Shown piece by piece: positions 35,040 to 44,627 of a stretch of 64,000 bases of DNA; the stretch's first letter is position 1; each line of letters starts with the position of its first letter. This DNA is from Candidatus Sulfomarinibacteraceae bacterium. Lineage in GTDB: Bacteria > Acidobacteriota > Thermoanaerobaculia > Thermoanaerobaculales > Sulfomarinibacteraceae. A program made the position numbers and the translations under genes. The stretch spans positions 128,001 through 192,000 of the forward strand of contig CAWCLO010000004.1 in NCBI GenBank assembly GCA_963796455.1, given 5' to 3'. The notes beneath the pieces were generated by a model. That model searched no databases and was not told the DNA's origin. It saw only the letters and a program-made list of their open reading frames with translations.

Positions 35040-36086
35040 ATGGTGAAAAAGGCGACCCAGAGGGCCGGGATGCACCGGAAACGTACCAAATTTTTGGCTC
35101 TGATCTTCGGGTGTTTCGTCGCTCTTATCTGCGCCGAGATCATGGTCAGGGTTCTGGAGCCGAAAAAGGACACCGAGGGGGTTCCTCTTCCGGGGTCTGA
35201 ACGTATTTATGGGTACGAAAAGAACTCGACGGGATTTGCCTGCGGAAAACCTTTTCGAACCAACTCGGACGGATTTCGAGGGCCGGAGATCGAGGGACTG
35301 GATGAAGACCTGATCGTTGTGGCGATCGGAGATTCATACACCTTTGGTTATGGCGTGGCCTATGAGGAGGCTTTTCCGAGCGTGCTCGAATCCAATTTAC
35401 AGGAGACACATCCTGGACGCCTGGTGCGGGTGATCAATCTCGGGATCCCGGGTTACAACACGGCCCAGGCCACGGCATCATTACGCGAGATCTCGTCGAA
35501 GATCACCGTGGATGCGGTGTTGCTCGGTTACCACCTCAACGATATTCAGGAGCCCTACACTTTTTCCGCGGAAGATAGCGGCGGTATTCCCGGCATGCTG
35601 TTTGGATTGCGGGAACATCTTCATGTTCTCAGGGTCATCATGCCGCAGGCGGCACGCCTGGCGCGGGCGATGGGTTGGGATCTCAAGACCACATCGTCGG
35701 TGGAGATCGACCACTATGTGGGCAACAGCGAGGCGTGGCAGAAGAACAAACAGAATCTCCTCGAACTGGCCGCGCTCTGTGATGAGTTGGATGCGAAACT
35801 GGCGGTGGTGGTGCTGCCGTATATCATCCAATTGAACGATCGCCATCCGCCGCGGCCGGCCTACGAAGAGATCGTCAACTTCCTCGAATCAGAGGGCATA
35901 CCTGCTGTCAGCGCATTTGACTATTTCATGGGACGGAATGAACGCGGATTGTGGGTCAGTATCTTTGATGGTCATCCCAATGCCGAAGGCCACCAGCTCA
36001 TGGGGAGCGCTGCCGCCGATCTTCTCGGGAGGCTCGAACCGCTCGAGAATCAGAATCTGTCGGAGGCTGCCGCTGGGGACGAGTAG
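35040..36086 (+). CDS. Membrane-anchored SGNH/GDSL protein
   Basis: N-terminal TM, TNSDGFRG, GDSYTFG, NLGIPGY, ND and DGHPN. Confidence 0.88.
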   Translation: MVKKATQRAGMHRKRTKFLALIFGCFVALICAEIMVRVLEPKKDTEGVPLPGSERIYGYEKNSTGFACGKPFRTNSDGFRGPEIEGLDEDLIVVAIGDSYTFGYGVAYEEAFPSVLESNLQETHPGRLVRVINLGIPGYNTAQATASLREISSKITVDAVLLGYHLNDIQEPYTFSAEDSGGIPGMLFGLREHLHVLRVIMPQAARLARAMGWDLKTTSSVEIDHYVGNSEAWQKNKQNLLELAALCDELDAKLAVVVLPYIIQLNDRHPPRPAYEEIVNFLESEGIPAVSAFDYFMGRNERGLWVSIFDGHPNAEGHQLMGSAAADLLGRLEPLENQNLSEAAAGDE

Positions 36087-36102
36087 ACCGGTCGGGAATT
36101 CC

Positions 36103-37653
36103 TCACGGATTCTGATTCGCCGGGGCCTCGTAGATTCGAAATGCCATCAGTTCTTCTGTCTTTGAATAACTATTCGCCTCGATGAAGTCCTGGACACTGC
36201 GTGCCCGGTCGTACACATCGGGTTTGGAGAGAAGAATCAAATCCGGCTCGGGGAGAGTCGTGACCGCACCCGCAACGTGGTTGTCGAGAAAGTAGGCGCA
36301 TTGTCGGGACGGGGTGGGTCCTTCACCGCAGAGGGGAACTGAGTAGTAGGCCGCACAGTTCGGGCCCGCCGACCACCAAACGACTCTTCCCTCTGCCAGT
36401 GCACTCCGGGCAATACGGGCGGCACTTCGATAGTCATCCTTGCGGTGGTCATCGTGAAAACGAAGAAAGAGGCTGGAGCAGAGAAGCGTCAGACCAATCA
36501 GGATCGTGAGCAGGGCCGGGCGACTCTCACGGACGTTGGTTGGGTTGAGGGAAAGCAGGAAAAGGATCAACACAAAAAAAGGAAAAATCCCGGCCAGGTG
36601 CCTGCCCCAAAACGGGAAGGTCTGTACGATGGACAGAACATACACCGCGAGGGTTGTCGACATCGCCACCCCAAGGGCGAGGCTGATGAGTCTGACCATT
36701 TCCGGGAAACGCCGTGCCCGGGCGTTCCGGACGAAAGCAAAAAACGCCGTTCCGTACAAGAAGATGAGCAGCAAACCGCCGACCGCCCGAAACTGCACCA
36801 TGCCGGCGAGCAGTGCGCGGATTCCCCCGGACAAAGCGAGCTCACGCATCTCGTTTCGGCCGGGGCCGAAGCCGGAAAACCCCAGGAACTCATAGAGGGA
36901 AAATGCCAGGCTGCTGAAACCGATTTTCCAGGATGACGTCCAGCCATAGTCCATCCCTCTCGCGAGGGTCACGGCGTAGTATGCGGCGAGTGCTGCGAGA
37001 ACGATCCCGGAAAGCGCTAGACAGATGCCGTCGACCCGATTCGGCTTCCATCCTTTCTTGATCAGGATTGGGGCGCTCACAACAATGACAACCCCAAAGG
37101 GAACAACGGCTATGGCGTTGCTGGCGCACAGAAGAGGACCAAAGAGAAGCAGAGCCCGAACGCCGGTACGCGCATGTTGTTGGCCCGATACGATCGCCGC
37201 AAAGGCGTAGAGAAGTCCCGTTCCCATGGCGATGGTCAAACTGTAGGGGCGGATCTCTCCTCCATAGAGCCACAAAAATGGATGACACGCAAAAAAAGCT
37301 CCGAACCAGGGCATGCCGATCAGGGAACCGGCCCGCCAGGCCAAAAAGACGGCGACTGCGGCCCACAGGGCACTGATGGAGCGGAGACCGAATTCAGATC
37401 GACCGACCACCTTCGATCCGGCCCAGAACGACAGCATGCCGAGGGGCATCAGAGGCTCGGCTCCGCGGTCGACCAGAAAATGGGCGCGAAGATCGTCAAA
37501 TGAATCGGGTTCGGTGTAGGCAATGGAAAACGCCTCGTCAATCCAGATGCTCTGGGTGCTTGGCATCAGGCATACCAGCAAAATGCCCAGCACCAGCCAC
37601 CCGTAGCCTCGGTCCCGAAACTTCGAGAAGAGACCGCCGGACTGAGCCGTCAT
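36103..37653 (-). CDS. GT-C fold integral membrane glycosyltransferase (PMT/ArnT-like)
   Basis: SIWIDE after TM1, SEFGLRS and EIRPYSL, with many TMs. Confidence 0.75.
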   Translation of the reverse strand: MTAQSGGLFSKFRDRGYGWLVLGILLVCLMPSTQSIWIDEAFSIAYTEPDSFDDLRAHFLVDRGAEPLMPLGMLSFWAGSKVVGRSEFGLRSISALWAAVAVFLAWRAGSLIGMPWFGAFFACHPFLWLYGGEIRPYSLTIAMGTGLLYAFAAIVSGQQHARTGVRALLLFGPLLCASNAIAVVPFGVVIVVSAPILIKKGWKPNRVDGICLALSGIVLAALAAYYAVTLARGMDYGWTSSWKIGFSSLAFSLYEFLGFSGFGPGRNEMRELALSGGIRALLAGMVQFRAVGGLLLIFLYGTAFFAFVRNARARRFPEMVRLISLALGVAMSTTLAVYVLSIVQTFPFWGRHLAGIFPFFVLILFLLSLNPTNVRESRPALLTILIGLTLLCSSLFLRFHDDHRKDDYRSAARIARSALAEGRVVWWSAGPNCAAYYSVPLCGEGPTPSRQCAYFLDNHVAGAVTTLPEPDLILLSKPDVYDRARSVQDFIEANSYSKTEELMAFRIYEAPANQNP

Positions 37654-37657
37654 CACC

Positions 37658-38891
37658 TCAGCCTCCATCCGCGAGATCCTTTCCTGACCGCCATCCACCA
37701 TCTCTGCTCCACCCGTCCAGGGCAGAAGCCAAGAAAATGGCAACGATACCGATCAACAGAAAATCGAAAGGAATTCGAAATCGGATTCTCGTGAAAAACA
37801 CCGCACTCACGAGGGCATTTCCGAAATACATTGCATAGAGAAAGATCTCAATCCGATCGAGGGGCTTTTCCCTTATTCTGGACAGACGAAAAAGTGCGAT
37901 CAATAGAAGTGGGTAGTAGGTCAAAAAAAGAATGATATTACTCAGACGTGAAGATTCTTCTTCGTTCCACAGTTGATTTCTGAAATTGAAGTAGTTGAAT
38001 ACCTTTTTCCAATAGAGAATCAAAAGCCTTTTTAGGATTTTTTTTGATCCATTTAACAGCGGCCTCGCGGAAGAACTTATCCTCGGCTATTTCGTCCAAT
38101 CCTTCCGGAAATACTTGATCTTCTTCGAAGAGAATATTGACGCCAGAATTTGCAGTTGTTTTTTCAGAGTTCCCAATGAAAAGATTGATCCCTGAATTTG
38201 AGGAAACTGGAATGAACATGTTGAAAATGCGATAGTTGCGAATCGTCCATGGAGCAACAACGAGGACCATGGAAATGATGAAAATTGCTGAATTCTGAAT
38301 TCTCTTCATCGACGATTTTCGGTTCGAATAGAAAATATGAAGAACCACAATTGGCGATACCAAAAGAAACGCGGGCGTAGTCAAAACCAATATGCCGTAA
38401 ACCAAACCGGCAAGAAGGTGCATTGAAGTCTCGAGTGGGTATCGAAGAAGGATATATGTCGACAAAATGAAAAGAAAAGATCCGCAAACTTGTGTATAGA
38501 GAGTGCTTGATATGTAGTAGAAAATTGGGAAAATAAAAATAAGAAAAATAGCGATAATGCCCGATTTTTCTTGAGATCGTCGAACGATCAAGAAAATCAG
38601 AAACGAAATCGCGGTGAGCAGGATGACATTGAAGAATTTTGCGGCAAGTGGACGTTCAATAGACCGGTAGATTATCGACAGGACGAAAGGCCATCCGGGC
38701 GGTCGTTTGGCGGTGGGGGAGCCCTCGGCATTGCTCAATCCGTCGCCTCTGGCAAGGGAGATCCCGAGGTCGTGGTATTCGAGCTCGTCCGGGTAGCGAA
38801 GTCGATCACCCGACATCAGGGCGACGATCGCACCGGCCAGAAATACCGCCCCAAGCGCGGCAACGAGCAGCGGTTTTGCTGAAAAACTCAT
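37658..38891 (-). CDS. GT-C fold membrane glycosyltransferase (ArnT-like; frameshift near 38020)
   Basis: YPDELEY..LA.G.G, RPPGWP, PWTIRN, GINLFIGN and RFRIP. Confidence 0.78.
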
Positions 38892-38927
38892 TCGAATTCG
38901 CCTTCGAGCTTATCAGGTTGGATTGGC

Positions 38928-40229
38928 ATGACCTTCCCCGCAAGGCCTCACTCCGGGTTGATATACTCGCTGGACATTATGATATCGATGGTCAAGCCGC
39001 CGCGAAAGGTGCTTTTTCTGGTCGACACCGATGACGCGAGATTCGTCGACGGCACCAGAGAGAGTGAACACTGGGATGTCGTGACCGAAATTCTGGACTT
39101 TCGGCTTCTCCGGACATCGATTCCTCGGCTTCAACTGATCGTGAAGGAAGAGGATCCGGATTTCATTCTCTATTCGCAGAACGAGCAGGTCGGAAAACGA
39201 GCGATGATCGGTTCGATTCACCAACAACTCGGGCTCGGATATTCCTCAATCAGCGGGATCGACAACGTCGACGAAACGCTTCGGGTGACGCAGATGGAAG
39301 CCTGCTTCGAGGACTTCCTGAAGTGTGGCAGGGCTGTGCCATTGGCCGGGGAACTGGCCTCGGTTCAGAACCCGGACCCCGGAGCGTCCGGTTCCTTTTC
39401 GGTCGTTTTCGACACTGAACAACTCGGCGGTATCCGGTACGGGCTTCCACGCATCCTTCAACTGTTGTCGCAGTACCACGTGCCGGGCACCTTTTTTGTC
39501 ACAGATATCATGAATCGAATCTACACCGATCTCTTCAGCACCCTGGCGGGTCTGGGTCACGAACTGGCTCCTCACGGGCTGTGCCACGAACATCTGGCGC
39601 CGATGTCTGTAGACAGACAGGTGGCCCAGATCGAAGCCATGATCGAGGGTCTCGGCGAGCGACCGACAGGTGGGAATTTCATCTATCGCATGAATATGGA
39701 CACCATCGACGCTATGATTCAGCTTGGTTTTCGCTATTTCGTGTTCTTCGACATGTGTTCCTACCGATTGACGAGCTACTCGAAACGGCCGACGGAGGCC
39801 CGTCTCATCCGACGCGGCGGAGGGACGATCTGGGCGGTGCCGGTCCCGGTGGAGACCTATGGCAGCCCCTGGTTTTCGATAAAGAACATGATCGCGACGG
39901 CCGTGGAACAGGGAAGCCGCAACGAACGACCGCATGTGACGGTGCTGTGTCACCCGTTTCGGGATGGCGGGATTTCGTATTTCGAAACCACCCGTCGAAT
40001 GATCGAGTTTCTACTCGACAGCGGATTGCAGCCGATCACCGTTGCAGACCACGTCGGGCAACTCGATCACGATCCGGCATCGGCGGAAGAACTGGGTTCC
40101 ATTGAAGGCATCCTGAATCCCACTCGCCCCGCACCAGCGCCGCCGTCGAGCATGCGGGACCTCACGGCCCTGGTGCCCCAGACGGCTATCTCGGTTGCCC
40201 GCAAGTTCAGCAGGAGAACGATTTTTTGA
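38928..40229 (+). CDS. CE4 polysaccharide deacetylase with N-terminal extension (start uncertain)
   Basis: VFDTE, PGTFFV, HELAPHGLCHE and LCHP. Confidence 0.75.
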   Translation: MTFPARPHSGLIYSLDIMISMVKPPRKVLFLVDTDDARFVDGTRESEHWDVVTEILDFRLLRTSIPRLQLIVKEEDPDFILYSQNEQVGKRAMIGSIHQQLGLGYSSISGIDNVDETLRVTQMEACFEDFLKCGRAVPLAGELASVQNPDPGASGSFSVVFDTEQLGGIRYGLPRILQLLSQYHVPGTFFVTDIMNRIYTDLFSTLAGLGHELAPHGLCHEHLAPMSVDRQVAQIEAMIEGLGERPTGGNFIYRMNMDTIDAMIQLGFRYFVFFDMCSYRLTSYSKRPTEARLIRRGGGTIWAVPVPVETYGSPWFSIKNMIATAVEQGSRNERPHVTVLCHPFRDGGISYFETTRRMIEFLLDSGLQPITVADHVGQLDHDPASAEELGSIEGILNPTRPAPAPPSSMRDLTALVPQTAISVARKFSRRTIF

Positions 40230-40257
40230 CGGCCGCGATGCACCCGTGGGAGGTCGA

Positions 40258-41496
40258 ATGGACGACGCGGTCCTGCAAAGATCCTGTGATCGGCTGCTGC
40301 CGGGAACGGTTGGTGCGGTGATGTCCGGGGTATCCGCCGCGCGCACGAAGGCCAAGATCCTGTGCGTCCTGACGTGGAGGCTCGGCGGTGATTCGGGGTC
40401 GTGGAGAGCGTTGCAGGTTGCGGGGGCCTTGCAGGATCTCGGATATGAGGTGATGGTCCACCAGTATGTCACTTCGTCGGTTCCGCAGCCGACCAGTCCG
40501 GTCCCGGCGAGATTCGATTCGATTCCGCGCGAGGTTTTCGAGTTGTCGCGAGCGTCGACACCGTGGCACCACCACCGGATCGTGGCGCAGGACGGTTTCG
40601 ACGTGGTGATCGGCAACAACATGAACGGTGCGGCCTATTCGTTGCTCGGACGCGTGAAGGCTCCGTTGATTCTCGATTGTCACGGTGACATGGTCGCAGA
40701 ACAGGCGATGGATCCCTCCTTCAGCGAGAGACACCTTCCCGCCCGGGTCCTCCGGGGGGCGGTTTACCGTCTGGCTGATGGGGTTACCCGGAAAATGTGT
40801 GACCGGATCACCTGCGTCAGCCGAGAAATGATCAGGCGTCTGGCTGCCCGGGGCGTGCCTCAGGCAAAACTGGTTTACGCCCCCAATTGTGTTGATCTGG
40901 AGTTCTTCCGTCCTCCGGATCCGAGCGAGGTCGAGTCGTTGCGAATTCGCCTCGGCGTCGGTCCTGAACAACTGTTGTTCGGATACCTCGGTATGGCCCA
41001 CCCGTGGCAGGGCATCGAGCAGTTTGTCGAGGCGGCGGAGTGCTCCGAAAACGCGGATCTGGCGTTCCTGCTCGTGGGAATGGAATCAGCCGCCGACCGG
41101 CGCAATCTCCACATCGTCGGCGAGGTCCCGGTTCGGGAGATGCCACTTTTTTATTCGATCTGCGACGTGTGCGTCCTGCCGCGCCCGAGTCACCCGGCGA
41201 CCGATGTCGCGGCCCCGACGAAATTTGTCGAATATGCCGCGATGGAGAAACCGATCATAGCGACCGATGTCGGTGATGCGGCCGAGTTGATTCGCGAGTA
41301 TGGCTGCGGGATTGTGGTCGCAGATAACAGCCTCGCGGAACTCAACCGCGGGTTTGCGGAGATGCTGGCTCTCGGCCCCGACGAACGGCAGAAAATGGGA
41401 CAGGCTGCAAGGCGGATGGCCGAAACCGAGTTTGATTTCAGGATCACCAAGGCCAACCTCGCCCGGTGTATCGAGGAATTGACTGCTGCGACCTGA
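40258..41496 (+). CDS. GT4 glycosyltransferase
   Basis: DCHG, CVS, PNCVD, YLG and PTKFVEYAAMEKPIIATDVG; GGAGG RBS. Confidence 0.88.
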   Translation: MDDAVLQRSCDRLLPGTVGAVMSGVSAARTKAKILCVLTWRLGGDSGSWRALQVAGALQDLGYEVMVHQYVTSSVPQPTSPVPARFDSIPREVFELSRASTPWHHHRIVAQDGFDVVIGNNMNGAAYSLLGRVKAPLILDCHGDMVAEQAMDPSFSERHLPARVLRGAVYRLADGVTRKMCDRITCVSREMIRRLAARGVPQAKLVYAPNCVDLEFFRPPDPSEVESLRIRLGVGPEQLLFGYLGMAHPWQGIEQFVEAAECSENADLAFLLVGMESAADRRNLHIVGEVPVREMPLFYSICDVCVLPRPSHPATDVAAPTKFVEYAAMEKPIIATDVGDAAELIREYGCGIVVADNSLAELNRGFAEMLALGPDERQKMGQAARRMAETEFDFRITKANLARCIEELTAAT

Positions 41497-41514
41497 CCGC
41501 GCCGCCGGATGAAA

Positions 41515-43446
41515 TCACTGAACGTATCCGAGAGCGGTCAATGCCTCGATGGCGGCCGGGTCGATCTCGGGCACGCCGTCGGGGGCCCTGTTACGCCGCA
41601 CCGATTCCTGCCAGAGCGCCAGTTGTTGGGTGAGAACCCGTGCTCGATCGGGATCCTGACCCGCCCTGTCACGAGTTTCTCGCGAATCAGTGGCGAGATC
41701 GTAGAGCTCGGTCGCGCCGTTGGAGTCCCAGATGAGCTTTGAACCGCCATCGATGATGCACTTGAGGGCTCGATCAAAGGGCTGATAATCGAAGTCGTTC
41801 GTTTCAGCCGAAAGCACACTCATCAACATCTCCACCCCATTGCCCGCTTCGGCATAAGCCGGTGCCGGGTCGATTTTACCCGCGAGAGATCTTCGGGACT
41901 CTGGAGGCCGATCGACCGGAAATGGAGTCGACGTGAGTTCGATTATCGTGTCGAAAATTTCAGTCTGGGAGACGGTTTTGGAGACGATTTCCGCATTCAG
42001 GAGTTGTGGATAAAAAATAATCAATGGAACGTGAATGAGGGTGTCATAGAGTGAGAACTGGTGTTCGATAAAACCATGTTCTCCAAAACTTTCTCCGTGA
42101 TCACTGGTGATCACTACGATGGTGTTTTCGAATGTTTTTTGCTCTCGCAATGAGGCAAAAAGAAGACCGATCTGTTGGTCGAGGAATCGGATGTCTTGAC
42201 GATAGAGATCCCGCATCACACGGAGATCCTCTTCGTCGAGGTGGTGAGCGGGAAGATAGTATCGCTCGGGGACGAGATTCACCGGTTCGATTCTCTCGAG
42301 GGCAGCGGAGATCGTCGGGTTGTCGGGAAAACCCGGACGAGGATAGTGCGGCAGATGGGGCGCCATCAGATTCACGAAAGCAAAGAAAGGTTGCGAACTC
42401 TTCTGCTGTTTGCCGATCCAGCCCTCGAGGAGACCGAGAGTCCGTCCGGTGTATTCCCGTCGGTCTTTGAGGCCAAAAGTCATGGTGGCGACCTCGAGAA
42501 GCCCCCGGAGGACGAGCGGTCGCCGCCACGAATCGTGGAATTCTCCAAAACCCTGGGTGAGACCATAGCTCCAACTGACGAATGGGTTCTCGCTGAATCC
42601 TGCCGTTCGGTAGCCGTGTTCGCCGAGATGTTCTGCAATGGTCAAATAGTCCTCGTGGAGCGAGAGATGGCCGTATTCGGCACGGTGCTGGGATGGGTAG
42701 AGCCCGGTGAAGATCGAGGCATGGGACGGCAGCGTCCACGGCGCGGCCGAATAGGCGTTTTCGAACACTCGACCGTTCCGAGCGACCCAATCCAGATTTG
42801 GTGAAGCATCGGGTTCGGCCCCATAACACCCGAGGTGGTCGGCCCGGAGAGTATCGAGAACGATGAACAAGACGTTCGGGCTGTCTGGACCTTCGGCCGG
42901 GCCCTGCTGAGTGATCCCGAGGACAACGGAATGCATGCCCGGCAGCAACACTGCCAGACCGAGGACGGCGACAAGAAAAACGGCCGAGGGCCCGGAGGTG
43001 TTCGGGACCCCGGCGATCCGGGACCGGTGGAGCATGTGGAAGGAGAAAAAGAGCGAAATTGTCGTCGAAAACAGGAAAAATAGAATGAGCGGAAAAAATG
43101 ATTTCTGGTTTGTAATGACTCGAAGAGCAATGACAAAAAAAGCAATTGCAAGAGATGTAAAAAGAATTGAAAAGAAATTTTCATTCGTTTTTAAAAAATT
43201 TGAGATAATAAACAGCAAAAATCTGGACAAAAAAGCAATCGTCATTCCGAGAATTGAAAACAATATGAGCTGAGCCGCAAAACTGCTCACACCGGGAAAA
43301 CCGGGAGAAGAAAAGAACTTCTCGATGATTCCGGGTTCAGGGCCGGTGAGTTCAAAAAGAAAATAATCGAGACCGCCTAGAGCACAGCCGATGGCCGCCG
43401 AAACGACGCCAAAATTCAGGATGCGCCCGGGTTTTCCCTTCTTCAT
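41515..43446 (-). CDS. Membrane-anchored sulfatase-like (alkaline phosphatase superfamily) protein, Thr-type motif
   Basis: About 5 N-terminal TMs, PNVLFIVLDTLRADH, APWTLPSHASIFTG, PHLPH, SDHGE, EH and LYDL..D..E. Confidence 0.85.
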   Translation of the reverse strand: MKKGKPGRILNFGVVSAAIGCALGGLDYFLFELTGPEPGIIEKFFSSPGFPGVSSFAAQLILFSILGMTIAFLSRFLLFIISNFLKTNENFFSILFTSLAIAFFVIALRVITNQKSFFPLILFFLFSTTISLFFSFHMLHRSRIAGVPNTSGPSAVFLVAVLGLAVLLPGMHSVVLGITQQGPAEGPDSPNVLFIVLDTLRADHLGCYGAEPDASPNLDWVARNGRVFENAYSAAPWTLPSHASIFTGLYPSQHRAEYGHLSLHEDYLTIAEHLGEHGYRTAGFSENPFVSWSYGLTQGFGEFHDSWRRPLVLRGLLEVATMTFGLKDRREYTGRTLGLLEGWIGKQQKSSQPFFAFVNLMAPHLPHYPRPGFPDNPTISAALERIEPVNLVPERYYLPAHHLDEEDLRVMRDLYRQDIRFLDQQIGLLFASLREQKTFENTIVVITSDHGESFGEHGFIEHQFSLYDTLIHVPLIIFYPQLLNAEIVSKTVSQTEIFDTIIELTSTPFPVDRPPESRRSLAGKIDPAPAYAEAGNGVEMLMSVLSAETNDFDYQPFDRALKCIIDGGSKLIWDSNGATELYDLATDSRETRDRAGQDPDRARVLTQQLALWQESVRRNRAPDGVPEIDPAAIEALTALGYVQ

Positions 43447-43593
43447 GGTCCAACGACCTTCCGCGATCTGCCGCCCCTCGAGAAACATATTCGCACAATT
43501 GGCGGGATGCGGGTGGGGGCTTCCCCCAGATGCCGCGATCCTGATAGAGTATCCGGCAGAATCATGGGTAGATTGCAAGGAGCTGTCTCGATA

Positions 43594-44571
43594 ATGAGCA
43601 AAGAACTCTCGCTGCCGGGACGGAAGCGCACGGTCGCTCTCACAGCGGCCCTGTTGGTGTCGGTTTTGGGGTCTGTTCAGGCTCCCGCCGCCGACCGGGC
43701 GATGAGGTTCTATTCCAACGGCGAGAACGGGCAGGATATCGACCGCGTCAAGATACCCCTCGATGACCCTCACCGACCGGTTGATATCGGCGTCGGAGAT
43801 TTCACCATCGAGTGGTGGATGAAGGCAACCCTCACCGACAACCCGACCGATCCGTGCAGCCTCGGTGTCAACAACTGGATTTATGGCAATATCTTTATCG
43901 ATCGGGACATCAACACCGGGGGAGACTGGGGCAAATACGGAATCTCTCTGGCTGGTGGCCGGATCGCTTTCGGGGTCGACAAAAACTTCTCCTACCAGGG
44001 TCTTTGCGGATCGACCCAGATTGCCGACGACACCTGGCATCACGTGGCGGTCACCCGGAGGGCCTCCGACGGCCGGCTCCAGGTCTATGTGGATGGAAAT
44101 CTGGATGGCGAGGCCGCGACCGGCCCGACGGGCGATCTGAGTTATCGAGATGGTCGCCCTTTGACCAACAATGGGGCGTGTCCAGGGCCCTGCGTCAATG
44201 AGCCCTTTCTGGTGCTAGGTGGCGAAAAGCACAACTACCAGTGGTACACGTACAACGGATTCATGGACGAACTGAGGCTATCGACGGTGCTCCGATACAA
44301 CGGGAACTTCACGCCTCCCACCGCGCCATTTTCTCCGGACGCATCGACCGCAGCCCTCTATCATTTTGACGAGGGGTCGGGAACGGTGCTGCTCGATTCT
44401 TCCGGTGCAGCCGGCGGACCGAGTCATGGCTTCCTCCTTGTCGGAGGAAACCCGGCCGGGCCCGTCTGGACCGAAGACCAACCCTTTGCGGCGACCCAGA
44501 TTTTCAGCGACGGTTTCGAAACGGGGACCACCTCCGCGTGGACGACGACGGTTCCCGATCCTGATTTTTAA
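43594..44571 (+). CDS. Secreted LamG/ConA-like domain protein with C-terminal IFSDGFE motif
   Basis: Signal peptide, DFTIEWW, WHHVAVT, VYVDG, GFMDELRLS and the tail IFSDGFETGTTSAW. Confidence 0.82.
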   Translation: MSKELSLPGRKRTVALTAALLVSVLGSVQAPAADRAMRFYSNGENGQDIDRVKIPLDDPHRPVDIGVGDFTIEWWMKATLTDNPTDPCSLGVNNWIYGNIFIDRDINTGGDWGKYGISLAGGRIAFGVDKNFSYQGLCGSTQIADDTWHHVAVTRRASDGRLQVYVDGNLDGEAATGPTGDLSYRDGRPLTNNGACPGPCVNEPFLVLGGEKHNYQWYTYNGFMDELRLSTVLRYNGNFTPPTAPFSPDASTAALYHFDEGSGTVLLDSSGAAGGPSHGFLLVGGNPAGPVWTEDQPFAATQIFSDGFETGTTSAWTTTVPDPDF

Positions 44572-44627
44572 TGGAATGAGTGGCTGGTGATGGAGTACAC
44601 CTTGTCCGGCACGGCGGGTGCAATCGG

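Noticed and set aside
43447..44043. N-terminal 199 aa of the 842-aa sulfatase ORF
   Set aside because: Overlaps the LamG gene antisense; ATG 43446 is the more plausible start.
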